This document shows positions 37,220-50,652 of a stretch of 64,000 bases of DNA, one piece after another. Both the position numbers and the translations under genes were made by a program. Position 1 is the stretch's first letter, and every line of letters begins with the position of its first letter. Origin of the DNA: Podarcis bocagei (lineage: Eukaryota); the NCBI GenBank assembly GCA_964188305.1, contig OZ076887.1; one strand, written 5' to 3'. Below the pieces are notes generated by a model. The model was not told the DNA's origin and made no database searches. It was given only the letters and a program-made list of their open reading frames with translations.

Positions 37220-40199
37220 CTGCACATTGCACAAAAGCAAAGTATTAGCCAGGGGGAAAATGATGGATATTAACATTTGAGGCTTTCCCAAGAGGCAACT
37301 TGTTTTATTTTTTCATCCCATTTAGAAATTTGTTCTGTTTCCATTGTAATACACAGATACTGCATTATGACAAAAGTGAAAAATAGACACATCCGTTTCT
37401 ATACAATGGTGTCTAATGACATATTTACTAACGGAATTAATAAAGCAAAATGAGGATTTCAAACTTTACATATTTCTTAGCTGTATCAGTATACATAATT
37501 TGAAGTATAAAATAAGCTACAATTTATCAGTAGCCCTAGTTAAAATAAATTACTGTTTAATATAAATGAGCAGTGTATTATTTCATGCTGCTCCAAACTT
37601 CCCAATTTGCTTCAACCTGGTCCTACCGCTGCCACACAGCAAGAAAAGCAGCTATGACACTGGTCTCATTGTTCATTTGTCTAGAAATAAAGAACAAATG
37701 GAAGCCTATGTTTGTTCTTAGTTTACTGCTTATAGTTTGGAAATAAACAAGCCACAAGCCTGATGCAGACAAGGTAACCTGAGATTTGTTTCCTCAGCAC
37801 AGGAGTAGCATGCTGCTCTATCACACTGAACCATCATTTATTTTAACTATGGTTTACTGTGACGTGCATACTTGGCCAACTAACATTGCCTTGTCCCATA
37901 CCCTTTGTTTGCAGTTGCATGCCATGTCCTATTTTGTTTCTGACAAATTAAACCAACCATCTTGTTAGAAGGTTAGCACTAGCTGCATTATGAACGGTAC
38001 ATTTTGAATGTCTTTTAAAATAAGATAATTGGGAATTAACCCAAGGACAGACAAGTTTAATTATTATTATTTTAAATTTCTATACAGGGCAGTTTATGAT
38101 AGAAAAACACAAACATGAATAACATAGAACAAATAAAAACAATAACACCCCACAACAGAGTTTAAAAGGGCATAGATGGTTTAAGGCCTGGGTGAAGAGG
38201 AATGCCTTTGCACTGATTTGCTATTGAGGGATAAGGAACTGCAGACTTTTGTTCCCCCAGCTCCTACCACAATGCTGGCAAGAGCTGGAAAAGGATATTT
38301 TCCAAAGCTATCCACTGTTAAAGTAATCTTAGGGACATGGTAAAACTTTGCAAGGTGCAGAGCATCGGTGAAGTCGGTAGTTCTAAACAGAAGTGGTTGT
38401 GAATTCCTCTACAAAACAACAGCAAGTGTTGCAGATGTTAATATTTGCATCTCATTTGCAGCAACTGTAGCATTAATGGCTAGTAGCCACTGGGGAGAAT
38501 AAGAAAGTTTTTAGTATACACTGAAATCAATGCTTTGTCAGTGCTTCCCTTAACCTAGAGGCAAGTTTAGTTGTTACTTTGAGTGCTGTGTAAACCATAT
38601 GGAAATACAAGATGAGGATTTTACTGCCTTTCCACATTAAGGTTTTGATGGGGGGAAAGTAATTCAGATACTGTTTTGTTTGTCAATAATTGTGTGCATA
38701 CCTGTATGATGGTTACTAGATGCTTCAAATCATCTATCTAAAATTTCATATTATATATTATGTCACTGTGCAAAAAAAGTGAAACACTTGGTTGGAGTAT
38801 TATGGGCCACCAGAAACCTCACATACTGTAATGAAGGATAGTGGTTTTGTTAGAGAATCTGCCACTTTTATCCATATATATTATTATAAAGTAATTACAT
38901 GACAAAGAGCAGCTGGCTCTTCTTGAAAGTCAGCATCAGAAAAATTGGGATAAGAAAATGCCCACATAGACTTTTGAGGTGTGGGTGGGTAGGAGAGAAG
39001 GAGGAAAAGAAGAGGTGACCTGACGGGCCCACAATCCTAGCTACAACTAAATACTGACTTTTAGTATCAATGGGATGAGTAATTAGAAATTATTTGCTTT
39101 ATGAAGCAGTTAATAAGGCTTTTATTGGAGAGATTTGCAGTCAATTGTCTCAGCCTACTAGCAAGGGAAATCCATGTGCAGAAAAAACCTACCACGTAAT
39201 AACCAACATGGATGCAGATGTTCGTCTGTATTACAATGCACACCTGAGTTCCATTAAACTGGCTTGTGCATTTGATGTAAATAGGTTTGTACATTCCTAT
39301 ATGTAGCCACAAACTGTTGCACACAGCTTCAAGTAGACAGGGTCCTCTTAATTAGAGTTTCCATTTTAATGATGCACTGCTTTGTGTACTTAGTACTGTG
39401 TTTCCTTCAAACAATGTATTGTATTCTAAGGGTGTAATTTACAACCAATTAAGTCCAGAGTATTCTAGTTAAAATTAAACTGGAATCAGATATGGTGGAT
39501 TTCTTTTCCAAAATCTGCCAAGTCAAGCCTAGTTATTAAAGTCTAGTTAGGACAGTTTGACAGAGAGTGTAAATTAAAATCGTGTTCTTTCCTCAAAAAA
39601 CATTTATTTTTTTCTTTTATAAAAATACAGCAAACCCCATGATTCCTTATAAAATGTGTTCAGCACACTTTTAATGAGAGTTTCATAATTTTTGACCTAT
39701 TATTTGGCCTCTGTATCTTAAGAACTATTTAATCATGATGGCCTGTCATCAGATGTTAAGATGCATTTTATTACAAGGAAGAATAGCTTTGGTGTGTTGT
39801 CTCCTGCTATATAATGAGGACTACAGATCTGTCATGCTATTTTAAAATGAATGTCAAAGATTTTAAATTAAAAGTATATTTTGGGAATCACATTATACAA
39901 AATGGCTGTTATAGACAGGCAGCAGCTAATGGCATGTTTAAACAATTAACTTGATATTTCTTATTTTAAAAGTATTATCCAGTCTAGAACGATATATTCA
40001 GCTTTGATTCTAAAGTTATGTATATCAAACAGGGTTTATTAAATTTAATATATATAATGCCTGAAGCAACTCTTTTCATACAGAGAATTCTACTTTGGAG
40101 TTTTCGTTTGTGCATTCTTAGAAAAGGTAAAGACAGATATGAAACTTAAATAGAAAAGCAGCTTTCAGAAAATATTAACTCATTTAACTTCATCTTTAA

Positions 40200-40540
40200 A
40201 ATTTATATCCCTACCTCTTTGCCCAAAGACTTAGGGGCAGGGGACAACAATAAATACATAATTAATGTTAAAACAAAACAATAATAGTAGAATAAAAACA
40301 GTCTGCCTAGGTGTCAGTCTACATTTAAAGAAGGTCTTTAGCTGAGTCCTAAACCTGAACGACGTCAGCACCTGCCCAATGTCTGGGAGAAGTGCTTTCC
40401 GCAACTGGGGTGCTACTACTGAGAAGGCCCTCAGATGGGTTATAAAGTCCCAAACTATTCTCAATGATGGAATCATCAGAAAGCTCTCCCTAACAGATTT
40501 CAACTCACAGGCAGGTTGAAATGGCGAGAGGCAATAGGGA
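40200..40540 (-). mobile_element. L2-like LINE 3' end, degenerate
   Basis: Minus-strand peptide RAFSVVAPQL..ALLPDI...SFRFRTQLKTF is typical of the L2 ORF2 C-terminus. Similar scraps near 27340-27720 (+), 38060-38210 (-) and 47870-48200 (-). Confidence 0.65.
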
Positions 40541-41299
40541 TAAGGAAAAATATATATTCTGACCACCTAAATTAGTTACCAGAACATGCAAAGCACTGAC
40601 ATAGTTACCATTCATTCAATGACCATTCATTCAGCTTTGAATTAACTCAGGTTTGCCAAAAGCTCATTTCTAGTTCTGAAATTCTTCACTGAGTTTTCTG
40701 AGTTAATACAGCCACTACACTTATGAGGAGACACTTTAGCTGAGATTTGTGCATTGCAGGGGCTTAGATTAAATGACCCCTGTGGTCCCTTCCAACTCTA
40801 CAATTCTGGTTCTAATAAAAGGCAGCTACTGTTTCTGCAGAGTAATGTAAAGCTTAGAAATAAACAAATCTATAGGTTAAAAATGTTAAGAACAGCCCTG
40901 CTGGATCAGATAAAAAAATCAATCTAGTCCAGCATTCTGTTCCAACAGGGTTCAGCCAAATCTCCTTGGAAATATCACAAGCAAAGTATTTTGCTCAAAG
41001 TCCATTAAGGATATGGCATTCTGTAAAAGAGAATGACATATCAAGATCAGGCTCATCACCAATTCCCAGTGAACAAACAAGGAAGAATCTATTTCATATA
41101 CATTTGGCATATGCATTTGTCTTCTTTAAAGAATTACAGAAAGGATATTTTCCTTTGTCACTAAGTAAAGCTACGAAGAAAACAGACTGAAAACAAACAC
41201 ATATTCAAAGAATAATTTGTTAAGTTTTTCTAAAAACTTGACATCAAATCTTCAACACTGTTCTATTATTCTAAGTCATGAAGATAAAGAAGAAATTAC

Positions 41300-41488
41300 T
41301 TTAAGAAAAACTTGGAGATCCTGAGTCTGCGTATGCTGAAGAATTTCTTGCTGTAGATGCTTGAATACAGATATACACATATAAATCTGATAATCTGGGC
41401 CAAGAAAAATACAAATGGCAATGTAATGGCAGATCTCGCTCCAGTCCAAGTAATTCCAGAAGCACTGAGTCAACCATTGTTGACAGAT
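41300..41488 (-). CDS. TBC1D32: TBC1D32 coding exon (TBC-like domain)
   Basis: Acceptor ttttttcctag, donor gtaatt; 189 nt. Encodes [63 protein letters not shown]. Confidence 0.95.
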
Positions 41489-43247
41489 CTAGGAAAAAAC
41501 AATAATCCAATTCATCACTTCCAGCAGCAACTGTTCCACATAATGCATCCAGCTCTATATACTCCATTCTGAGGTCCCTTGCAATTGTCAGCTACCATAA
41601 TTTACAACAGAAATCCACCCCCACTCCTAGTCATGGGGGGGGGGTAGCACACCCTGTTTCGCCACTGGAAGTGAAATGTTTTTCCCTGGAGGTTCCCAGA
41701 GCTCACTGAAAACCTGAATCACTGCCACTAGTAAGGGCTTGTCTGGGAAGGCAGCACTTCCGTTTGTAAAAGCAACTAAAGCTCTAGACCACGTCTCCTA
41801 TGCTAGGGGGAGGCATCTTTTCTCAAAGAATTTGAACTAAAAAGGAATGAGGAGGTGTGTCATATCAGCATCTCCCAATTAGTCATTTGCACTGCATCTT
41901 CTTTCTGGCAATCATGGGCATAAACAAGTTTCCACCTTAGTGTAGCATCCTTAAAAACCTGGAAGAAGAATTGCTACATGAAAGAGTTTTCTAGTGAAGA
42001 ATGTCACAAACAGTAGTACTTTGGTTTTGTTTAATGTGTTTGTATTTAGCAGAAGAGGAGCTCTCCAACTTTTTAATAAATCTGACATTCTGTTATTAAA
42101 CTGATTATGAAAAACAAAATTAGAATAACTGTTCTTTTTGTTGATCTCTACCACGACAATTTAATTTAGCTGTGAACTTATGAATCTTGTGTTAATCAGC
42201 CTGTAAATATTTACAAAAGTAAATCAGGCAAAAGTACTAATTTGATTGCAAAAGATAAGGTTTAAAACAGATTTTAGCTTGCTTCATTTGTAATCCAACA
42301 GTGACAATGGACTGGAACCAGACTTTTTCTTTTTGTGGACAGCTTCTAATCCAACAGAGAAAACCATTTTTTGTTGAGTCCCCCCTACACTCTATGACTC
42401 TAGAAAAACTTACCTAGAGGATTAAGGATCCCTTGGAAGGTAGCACTGGGGATTTTGAGGAATGGAAAAATCACTCCTCCTCTTTCATGGGAGTGTCCTG
42501 AGCAGAATTCTGCTTAGGGAATCTAGCAGGAGCAAACTCTGAATCTATCCCAATTAGTGTTTAGACAGCAAAATTACTTTTGCTCTTTTCACTTAAAATT
42601 ATGGGGTAAGAGCTGGCATCTAATACACTGCCCAATTCTATGTATTTTCATTCAGAGGCAAGTCTCATTGTTATTCCTAAGCATTCAAATACTTTCAGCC
42701 TTATTGTAGAAACTGTACAATAAATAGTACATATCAGCAAAACAAACTGTTTTTTATTGCAGTAGCAATAATTCATTTTTTTGGTCTCACCTGTATAACT
42801 TGATTTCAAGTATGGTTATGAAGAACTACCAGACAAAAGCAATTCAATTTCAAAAAGCTCTCTCTTTCTACAATTCCCAGCTGACTATTCATTAGCAGTA
42901 AATATAATTTATAGTTAACTCTGCCCACTGCTGTGCATTTAAGGGTCTGACAAAGCTATTCTTTTTACCACTATGCTTTTTAAGAGAAAAAGAAAAACCT
43001 TCCTGTGAATGTCTTTTCAGAGTAGCTTCAACATGAAATGATTTAGTGGAAGTCCTACCCAGCTGGAATCTTGTCTTAATTTCCCTGTAAGCCTCATTTA
43101 ACTTAATGGGACTTACTTCTGAGTAAACACCTAAGGGGCTGCACCATAGAAGAGGAAAGTGCTTTGGCTCCAGTTTTGCAGTCTCCTTTTCACTGACAGT
43201 CAAGGCAACCATTTTTTAAAAAAACAAATTGAAATATTTTCTATTAC

Positions 43248-43388
43248 CTGTGACGACGTAAAACCAGACATATGGAACGCAGAAAAGACTAGGGGTAACT
43301 CAGCCTTCAGCAACATCTCAACATAATGTGCACTGCAAAAATAGATTGGATGGATCCCAGACGCTGCTGTGTCAACGGGCAGGTGAAT
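43248..43388 (-). CDS. TBC1D32: TBC1D32 coding exon (TBC-like domain)
   Basis: Acceptor cattgaccag, donor gtaata; 141 nt. Encodes [47 protein letters not shown]. Confidence 0.94.
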
Positions 43389-45101
43389 CTGGTCAATGAA
43401 GCAACAATACCCAAAAGGATCCTTATTATACAGCTTTTCAAAGGTCTCCCTTCAAAAAAGATGTCACCTTCCCTCTGCCCATTCATTATCCACATGCAGA
43501 ATAGAACAGTGATCGCTTTTCCTAATTTATGTCTAGCTGTAGAAAGTTTATTTGCTCCCAACACAACTAGAAAAAAAAAATACGGCAAAGTAGCCAGTAA
43601 CATTTACCATTGCTTTGGGAGCAATGGGAAGAAAGGACTACCTGCTTCCCCCTTCCCTCCACAGCCCCCTGATAATCTAGTCCTGAAGGCTGCCCCCCCC
43701 CCCCGGGAATATGGGACATAAGTGATGGGAGCTGCAGATGGATGGTGGAACTGGCAAAAACTGCATGTCCCTCTTAAATGAATGGAGAAGCGCCTTAGGA
43801 TCCAAGTCACAGTCCTTGCCAGGGCCAGACATGTGGCTGTCTTCAAGCAGCTGCATTGCACATTCCAAAATGTGTGTTTCAGGATCCCTTGGAGTGTTGT
43901 CGAAGGTGTTGCAGCACACCTCTAATGCTAGACTGCTTCACAGAAACCAAGAACTGCACACTAGTAAGAGCTGTGGCTCTTCAAGGAATCCTGGCATGCA
44001 CAGAATTCCTTGGTGCCTAATAGAAGCATTTCGGTTCCAAGTGGACTGCTTGGGGTCTTTCTGCTGACCTACCTTTTGCAAGGAGAGGTTTACTATCTCT
44101 AAAAAGTAGTGTACAGGAAAGCCTGTTCTTGCCAGAAACTCCATGAATCGAATGACAGCCTGCTTGGCTTAAACTGCATTTATGACATCTAACTGCTAAT
44201 TTGAATGCTTTGTTACCAGTGTTAACAATATGATTTGGCTTGTGGCTTCCCTACTAGATGTGAACCATTGCTTTGACCTCTAATGGTCTTAGAAACAAAC
44301 GGGCATCAACTGTGCAAGCGTCGAGAAAGTTCCAGAATATGATTTGGAATTGTCACATGTCCATAATGTTCATAAGTAGCACTTCTTGATCATGCCCTAC
44401 ACTATTTCTTAAACTCTTTTTCAAATTTTAGTCCCTCTTGTCATATGGCTTTATTATTTTGGGGTGCTGACATGTCTCAAGTGGGGAGCCACACTTGCCC
44501 TGTTTGCTCAGTTTTCTAGTATGTGGAAGTTTATGTTAGTAGGAGAGTAAAAAATTAAACATACAAGTTTTCATTTAATTCTGTGATTATTTATGTTAAA
44601 GGAAACTTGTATAAATATCTGAGATGCTAAAATAGTGAGGCTCTGACTAGCAGTGACAATGCAAGCTGGCTTACTTTTTCCCCCCTTATCCAAAATTGCT
44701 ACTTTGTATCATTTAATGATTTTATAATAAAACAAAAGCTACTAATCTAAAGCATGAGCTTGCACATAGCAATAATAATAAAAAGGCCATTCAATAGTTC
44801 TATCTGCCTACATACAGAATTTAACACTACTAATAAAGTGAATTTTATGGCTCACTTTAAAATTCAATAACACCACCACTGCTATCTGTCTACCTGTTTT
44901 TTCCCTGGTTCCAGACAACCATTTGAGCAGATGTCAAATCCATATTTTTCTGAGAGAAATTTTGCAGGGCAAACATTTGGTTAAAAAAAACCTTTAAGTA
45001 ACTGCATTGTGTTCTGTTTATCAACAACTTTGGAAATATTAAATTTCATTTAAAATGTTCAGAGCAATCTTGTCAAGATGAAACCTTTTTTGAAGTCTTA
45101 C

Positions 45102-45256
45102 AGAACTGTGCAGCCGTGGTATCCAAAGGAATGCTGACACAAGAAGACGGGAAAACTGGTGGAGAAAATTTAATGTTTTTTCCCTGTCTCCCATCATTAT
45201 TAGAAATACAGAAGATGCAAACCAATCAAAGCCGACGTATCCTCCCTGCAAACCAC
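45102..45256 (-). CDS. TBC1D32: TBC1D32 coding exon
   Basis: Acceptor ttttcctacag, donor gtaaga; 155 nt, phase 1 to 0. Encodes (R)[51 protein letters not shown]. Confidence 0.94.
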
Positions 45257-45727
45257 CTGTAGGAAAACGTTCAGGAAATCCAAGGGTTTGTTGTTAAATG
45301 CAGAAAAACCCTGCGATCGAAAACACATCTATTAGTAGACCATTATTAGAAAAGGATCAGGCCTAGATACCAAATCCAGAGACTTAAGGGTATTCACATG
45401 CATCATGTACAAAGTACACCCCTTTCATTGCAATTGTGAATGCAAATCTATAACTGTGGGATGTCTGTGGATCTGCTTTCTACACTGGAGTAAGTGGGGA
45501 AACCACTGTAGATTTTAAAAAAACTCTGGGCAGAAATAGAAACTTAGATGGGAGAGCATCTGCTCTGGAAAATATGCCTGTTGAGAAAGGAAAATGTTAT
45601 GAAGTTCCTGCCTATATGGCACAAATCTTTGTGCCATCTTAAATAATTCAAGAAGGCATCTTAAAAATTATTTTGACAGTTATACCAACAAAAGACTTGG
45701 TGATGTTTATATTATGAGAAAGGATAC
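45257..45727 (-). other. U12-type (minor spliceosome) GT-AG intron of TBC1D32, 471 nt
   Basis: 5' splice site GTATCCTTT; branch-site-like TTTCCTGAAC about 12 nt upstream of the intron end; phase fits the reading frame. Confidence 0.8.
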
Positions 45728-45843
45728 GCAACGATGTCCTTAGAAGTGCCTGTTGTCGTTTCAAAAAATTTTCACAGTGCATTATTACATGGCATAGATC
45801 ATCTTCGGCATTCTCTCTCAGCAGGTTCAAATGTTTACCATAG
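45728..45843 (-). CDS. TBC1D32: TBC1D32 coding exon
   Basis: Acceptor poly-T-ggtttag, donor gtatcctttc (U12-type); 116 nt, phase 2 to 1. Encodes (S)YGKHLNLLRENAEDDLCHVIMHCENFLKRQQALLRTSL. Confidence 0.9.
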
Positions 45844-47704
45844 CTAAACCAAAAAAAAAAAAAAAAAGTTTAACTTAACTAGAAGCTATACTCATTTTCA
45901 TTTACTTATTTCATTACGGAAAAGAGCACACCAGACATTAATGTGAGTGATTTGTAGCCAATTGGCAGAAGCCTTAATCCACATCATATTCATAGGCAAT
46001 CTATACTGGGAAAACATGTCTGCAGCTGTTTCTTTCTTTTAAACCTTGCTACTTTATTTAAGATGCATAACATTACACATAAAATAATAATCTGAATACA
46101 GAGAGCTCATGGAAGGGCTTGATACAAACCCAACAATATTTGTGACTCCTTCTTCCAACAGCTGAACTCCATCACCACCACCCATGGCACATCATAAACT
46201 GCATTTGAAAGTCCCTCATTCCCAGATTAAACAGTTTTCCATGTGGCTTAGATGGCTGGTCTTCAAAAGAAAGCACTCTAAAGGCCCCTTGGGTTCGCGG
46301 TACTAGTTTAACGGTTCTTTGAATCCTCGCCTGACCTTTCTCTCCATATAAAGCACAGTCTGCCACTTAAATGAGACCGCTGGTTAATTTCTGCGTGAAA
46401 TGTATAATGGATTAAGGCACTGATTTGACAAAATTATGCTCTTTCTGTTAAAGATGCTGCAACTGCATGCAAAAAATGATGTAGTTACTCAGATATTGCT
46501 GTTCCACCAATGTAAACAAATAATCCCAAACCTTCCTTATGCCCAGCTCCAACCAAAGTTGTTGGTGGTTTTGCTGGGGACGTAGGAGCTGGGTGTGAAG
46601 CCTCAAGCTAGGTGCAGGAAGGTACAAAAAAGTATATTAAATACACATCAGACTACATGTTCCCAACCACAACTGGCGCCATTACAGCAAGACCAGGATG
46701 CATAAAAGGAACGTAACGTGCAACATAAAAATGAGTAAAACAGAATTTTTGAACCTGTACCTGGTACTTTCCATGACTATCTATCTGCATCTGCTTGCAA
46801 ATCCTATTTGCCTTTTTAAAATTGTGTGAGTGTCTTCTCATCAAGGCAAGGTAGCAAATAGAACAGAAATAATGGCACAACAGTATTGTACAAGCATTTG
46901 CACATTTAAAATGTTAAAACAAATGGGCTGCCCTACAATTATAATATGTGCCAGCCTAGTGAAAGCATAGGTGTGGCGTGTATTTATATTTTTATATAAA
47001 AAATATAGAGCAAGAATGGCTAACCTTTCTGGGCCTGAGGGCTACAGTTAACCTTGAACAACCCCCTGAAAGCTGCATACCAGCAGTGCATGTGATCAAA
47101 AGTGTGTGTAGCCATCTCACTCCCTTGCACACGCACACGAACACACATGCATATCCATTGATACTAGACATTTTTAGTATAAAAACTTATTAAATTCTTC
47201 CACAAAGCATTCTGCTTTGCTTCAGGCTTCCATTTGCACCCCACTGTTCACAGCTTAAGTCAGCTTTAAAATGCACATTATGTTGATTTAGATTATTATT
47301 CATTCTAGGAAGATCAAATAAAGCATATACAATGGAAATATGTTGATAGTTTAAATAAATGAATGAAACATTAGTGGTTCAAGAGCAAGGAAGAAGATTA
47401 CTAGGTCTCAGTTGAATTAATATAGAATTATTAAAGCATCTGTTAATAGTATTTTGGTAAAAATATAGTGTTCAGAGCTTGGTTACTCATACTAGAACAG
47501 CTTACTACAAAAATAATAGTATGTACTATAAAGATGTTTTTAAAATATCTGATACTCCTGTTACTGCACTTCCTATGAGGAATGGCTTGAGGGAAGCAAT
47601 GGCTTCCTGTTACCTTACCATGTAGAATTCACACTGTCGTTCATGACTTTAAAAGCCCTAAAGGGCAGAGGCCTGGCTGATTTAATGAATCAAGGTGAGC
47701 ACAG

Positions 47705-47843
47705 ATTCAAAGAACTGTAGTGTTGGAAGGGAACATGAGGGTCATCTAGTCCAATTCCCTGCAATGCAGGAATATTTTGCCCAATGTGGAGCTCAAACCC
47801 ACGATCCTGAGATTAATAGTCTCATGCTCTACCGAATGAGCTA
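47705..47843 (-). mobile_element. tRNA-Lys-derived SINE with CR1-like 3' tail (lacertid-type)
   Basis: Reverse complement TAGCTCATTCGGTAGAGCATGAGACTATTAATCTCAGGATCGTGGGTTTGAGCTCCACATTGGGC resembles tRNA-Lys(CTT) and continues into TTCCTGCATTGCAGGG...GGACTAGATGACCCTC...CCCTTCCAAC. Partial copy at ~40745-40808 (+). Confidence 0.85.
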
Positions 47844-50555
47844 CTCTCACTCCTAAAGCCTGGTGTGAACTTATTTATGTCCTGCCCTTCGTCACAACTT
47901 ATCTCAGGGTGAATTACAAAAAAAGTTACAATATGATAAAGCACTAAAATACTGTTAAAATCATCAAAGTAAACCCATATGGTTGCCTATACCTACTCTC
48001 TGTAACTGTGTGACTACACAGAGATATTTAGAAAGCATGATGGAAGAGAAAGCAATTCAGCTGGCGCTGAAAATGAATGGCATCAGCTCAGTCTTGGAGA
48101 GAGGGACATTCCTTAACTGATGGAACCAGCGCTGAGAAGCCTCTAATTACATTTTTGGTGGTACTGTCAGAAGGACCAACCTAGCTCATTTCAAAGGCTT
48201 GAGCAGGGTAGGGCCACCCACCTGTCAATCACCTAATGTCATAAAGATGTCACAAGGGTCTTGCAAAGTTCCTAAGCCTATATTGTAAAATAACCAAGAA
48301 TGTTCTTCTATTTCACTATTGCTCCTACTGTGACCAACAGGGACCTTTAGATAGACCTTCTCAGTAGAAGTCATACAATTATAAAATTCTCACTCCTGAG
48401 ATGTCTGCTAGTCAGAACCTAATCATCTAGAAGCACTCTCTAGTTTGGGGAGGCCTTTGGTGCACCGGGTTAATTCAAATTGTTAACTGGTTTCAAGACA
48501 AAACAAAACATGATTTTTGTATTCAGTTAGGGGGTTTATTTTATCATAGTAGTAATCAAGCACTTTTCTTTTTGTGTAATCTGGTTATATATTTTTTAAC
48601 CTGCACTAGGCCTCCGGGGTAGAGCAAATAACCAACCTCAAATAAATTACATTCAATGTGTCTGAACACCATTATTAATCCCTTCAGTGGAACAAAAAAG
48701 AATAAAAGCAAATTCCTAGTTTTGAAGGACAAGCTAAATGACCTTTATCAAATCTATTCTGAAAACAACAATTATGGTAATTATGTTGAAATATACAATT
48801 CAAACTTACTTAAAGGAATGAAAAACATACAAACCATACCAGGAATTATATACTGGTAAGAACATCAGTATTCATTATAAATCTCAGCTATGAAGTCACT
48901 GGGGTGACTTAGGCGAGCCTTTAACTCTTCACCTCAGCCTGCCCTCCTTTTCAATGGCAATAATGGAATATTTATTTCTTTAAAAATTACTGACAACTTT
49001 TCAGGATAAAAAAATGACAAGGTTGTTTACAAATAAATATAGTACAATAAAACATAAAGCAAACTATCTAGAGTTCAGTAAAGCTGGTACTAAGGATTAG
49101 AGTCCAGGAACGCCCATATCAAATGAAAAGTTTTTACCAGCAGCAGAACATCTGCGCTGTAGGTTCCTGTCATATCTGTAAGGGGCCGTCATTCCAGTGT
49201 GGGACACTGGTCTATTTTATACAGGTCGTCTTGTGAGGATTACCAAGAAAATATATGATAACCGCATTGCACAATATTCACTCTCTGTCCAGTTTACAGC
49301 AGGTGCATGGCTTCTGAGCAGGATCCCCAGAGGGGAACTGGATGCAGCCCAAAGAGAAAACGCAAAGCCATCATTTATACAGCACAACTGATCAGTCGGC
49401 ATAAAAAGGTAAAAATAAAGAAAAAAGGCTAATGAATCCATTCTAAGACGGGTACTACTTAGACCTGAAAGCTTGTTATTGGCACACACAAAAAGAACCA
49501 AGTATGCAAACTTCTGGAGTATTCCATTTGCATTGGGGCACTAATTTTAGTACATCTTTGATAATGAGTAGTGTTTTGTTTTGATAACATGAAAGTATCC
49601 TTATATAGAAACTTAACTTGGTCTCGTGTTGTTTCAGCACACTATAGCCCCATCTACCGTATTTCTAAGATGCTTCATGGAGAACACCCAAAGGCAGACA
49701 AAGCTGGCTGAGAGGTCACTTAAAGTGATGTAGGTGCTGTTCTGATGGTGGGGAGAGAAGCCTGCCAGCAAACCAGCCCTTATACTGCTGCAGGTCACCC
49801 ACAGAAAGCTCCAGACATAGATGTTCTGCTGCCACTGAGGGGTTGCCCAGTGTTTCATGGGCAATGGAGGATCTGATGTACTTCAATCAATCCATTTTTT
49901 TGTTTGTTACAATTTCAGATCAGCCACTAGAATATAGTCCAACACATATAATTTTACAGAGATTATAAAATTGGGATTACCAGTACTACCAAAAGCTAGG
50001 GTATGTTTGTGCATTGCCATGCATTCACAATCACACTAGAATGAGTTTTCTGAGTGCTAGTGTGGTTGGTAGAGAGATGTAATCATCTGGTTCCTGGTAA
50101 TGCAAGCGGATGTGCATAATTTTGCCACATTGATGAGTCTGGTGTAGTTAATTCCCTTCTGTTGACTTCAATGAGGGGTGTGGGGAGAAAATAGTAGAAA
50201 CAAGTCTATGGACCCCCCACAATGGATGCAGTGAGCCAACAGGGATTGGGAAGTAGCAATAGCTCTACTGTAGGATCAGTGAGAGGGGGAAGAGCTTGAT
50301 CGGCCATTGATTCATGGAACATTACAATATTTTGGTGATGTACCTGGTCTGGAAGGTGCTGGTAGCAGTGAGAGAAACCGTGTGCAGTTCTGTGGTTCCA
50401 AGCCATTCACGTTACAATAATGATTTTCACCATAAAATTGTTCAATTTAAATGTTGTATTATGTCGAATGGATAGTTTCAATAGCATTCAAGTCATAACA
50501 AATTAAAAATGAACATTTTATAAATACCTAAGTGAAATGTTTTGACGTAATGTAC

Positions 50556-50622
50556 CTGATTGTCATTTTAATGCCAAGCTGCTGTACAGATGAAAGAGTT
50601 TTGATCTCCACATTTGCATCAG
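50556..50622 (-). CDS. TBC1D32: TBC1D32 coding exon
   Basis: Acceptor tttttcttttcag, donor gtacat; 67 nt, phase 1 to 2. Encodes (A)DANVEIKTLSSVQQLGIKMTI. Confidence 0.9.
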
Positions 50623-50652
50623 CTGAAAAGAAAAAGTCACATAAAAATAAGT

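Noticed and set aside
47770-47843. tRNA-Lys gene
   Set aside because: The anticodon arm and B box are mutated and the sequence runs directly into a CR1-like tail, so it is a SINE head.
49150-49440. Extra TBC1D32 exon after a polypyrimidine tract/AG near 49389 (minus)
   Set aside because: The flanking exons (50556-50622 and 45728-45843) already join in frame and match the recalled protein with no gap, and the peptide is unrecognisable. It could still be a non-coding conserved element.
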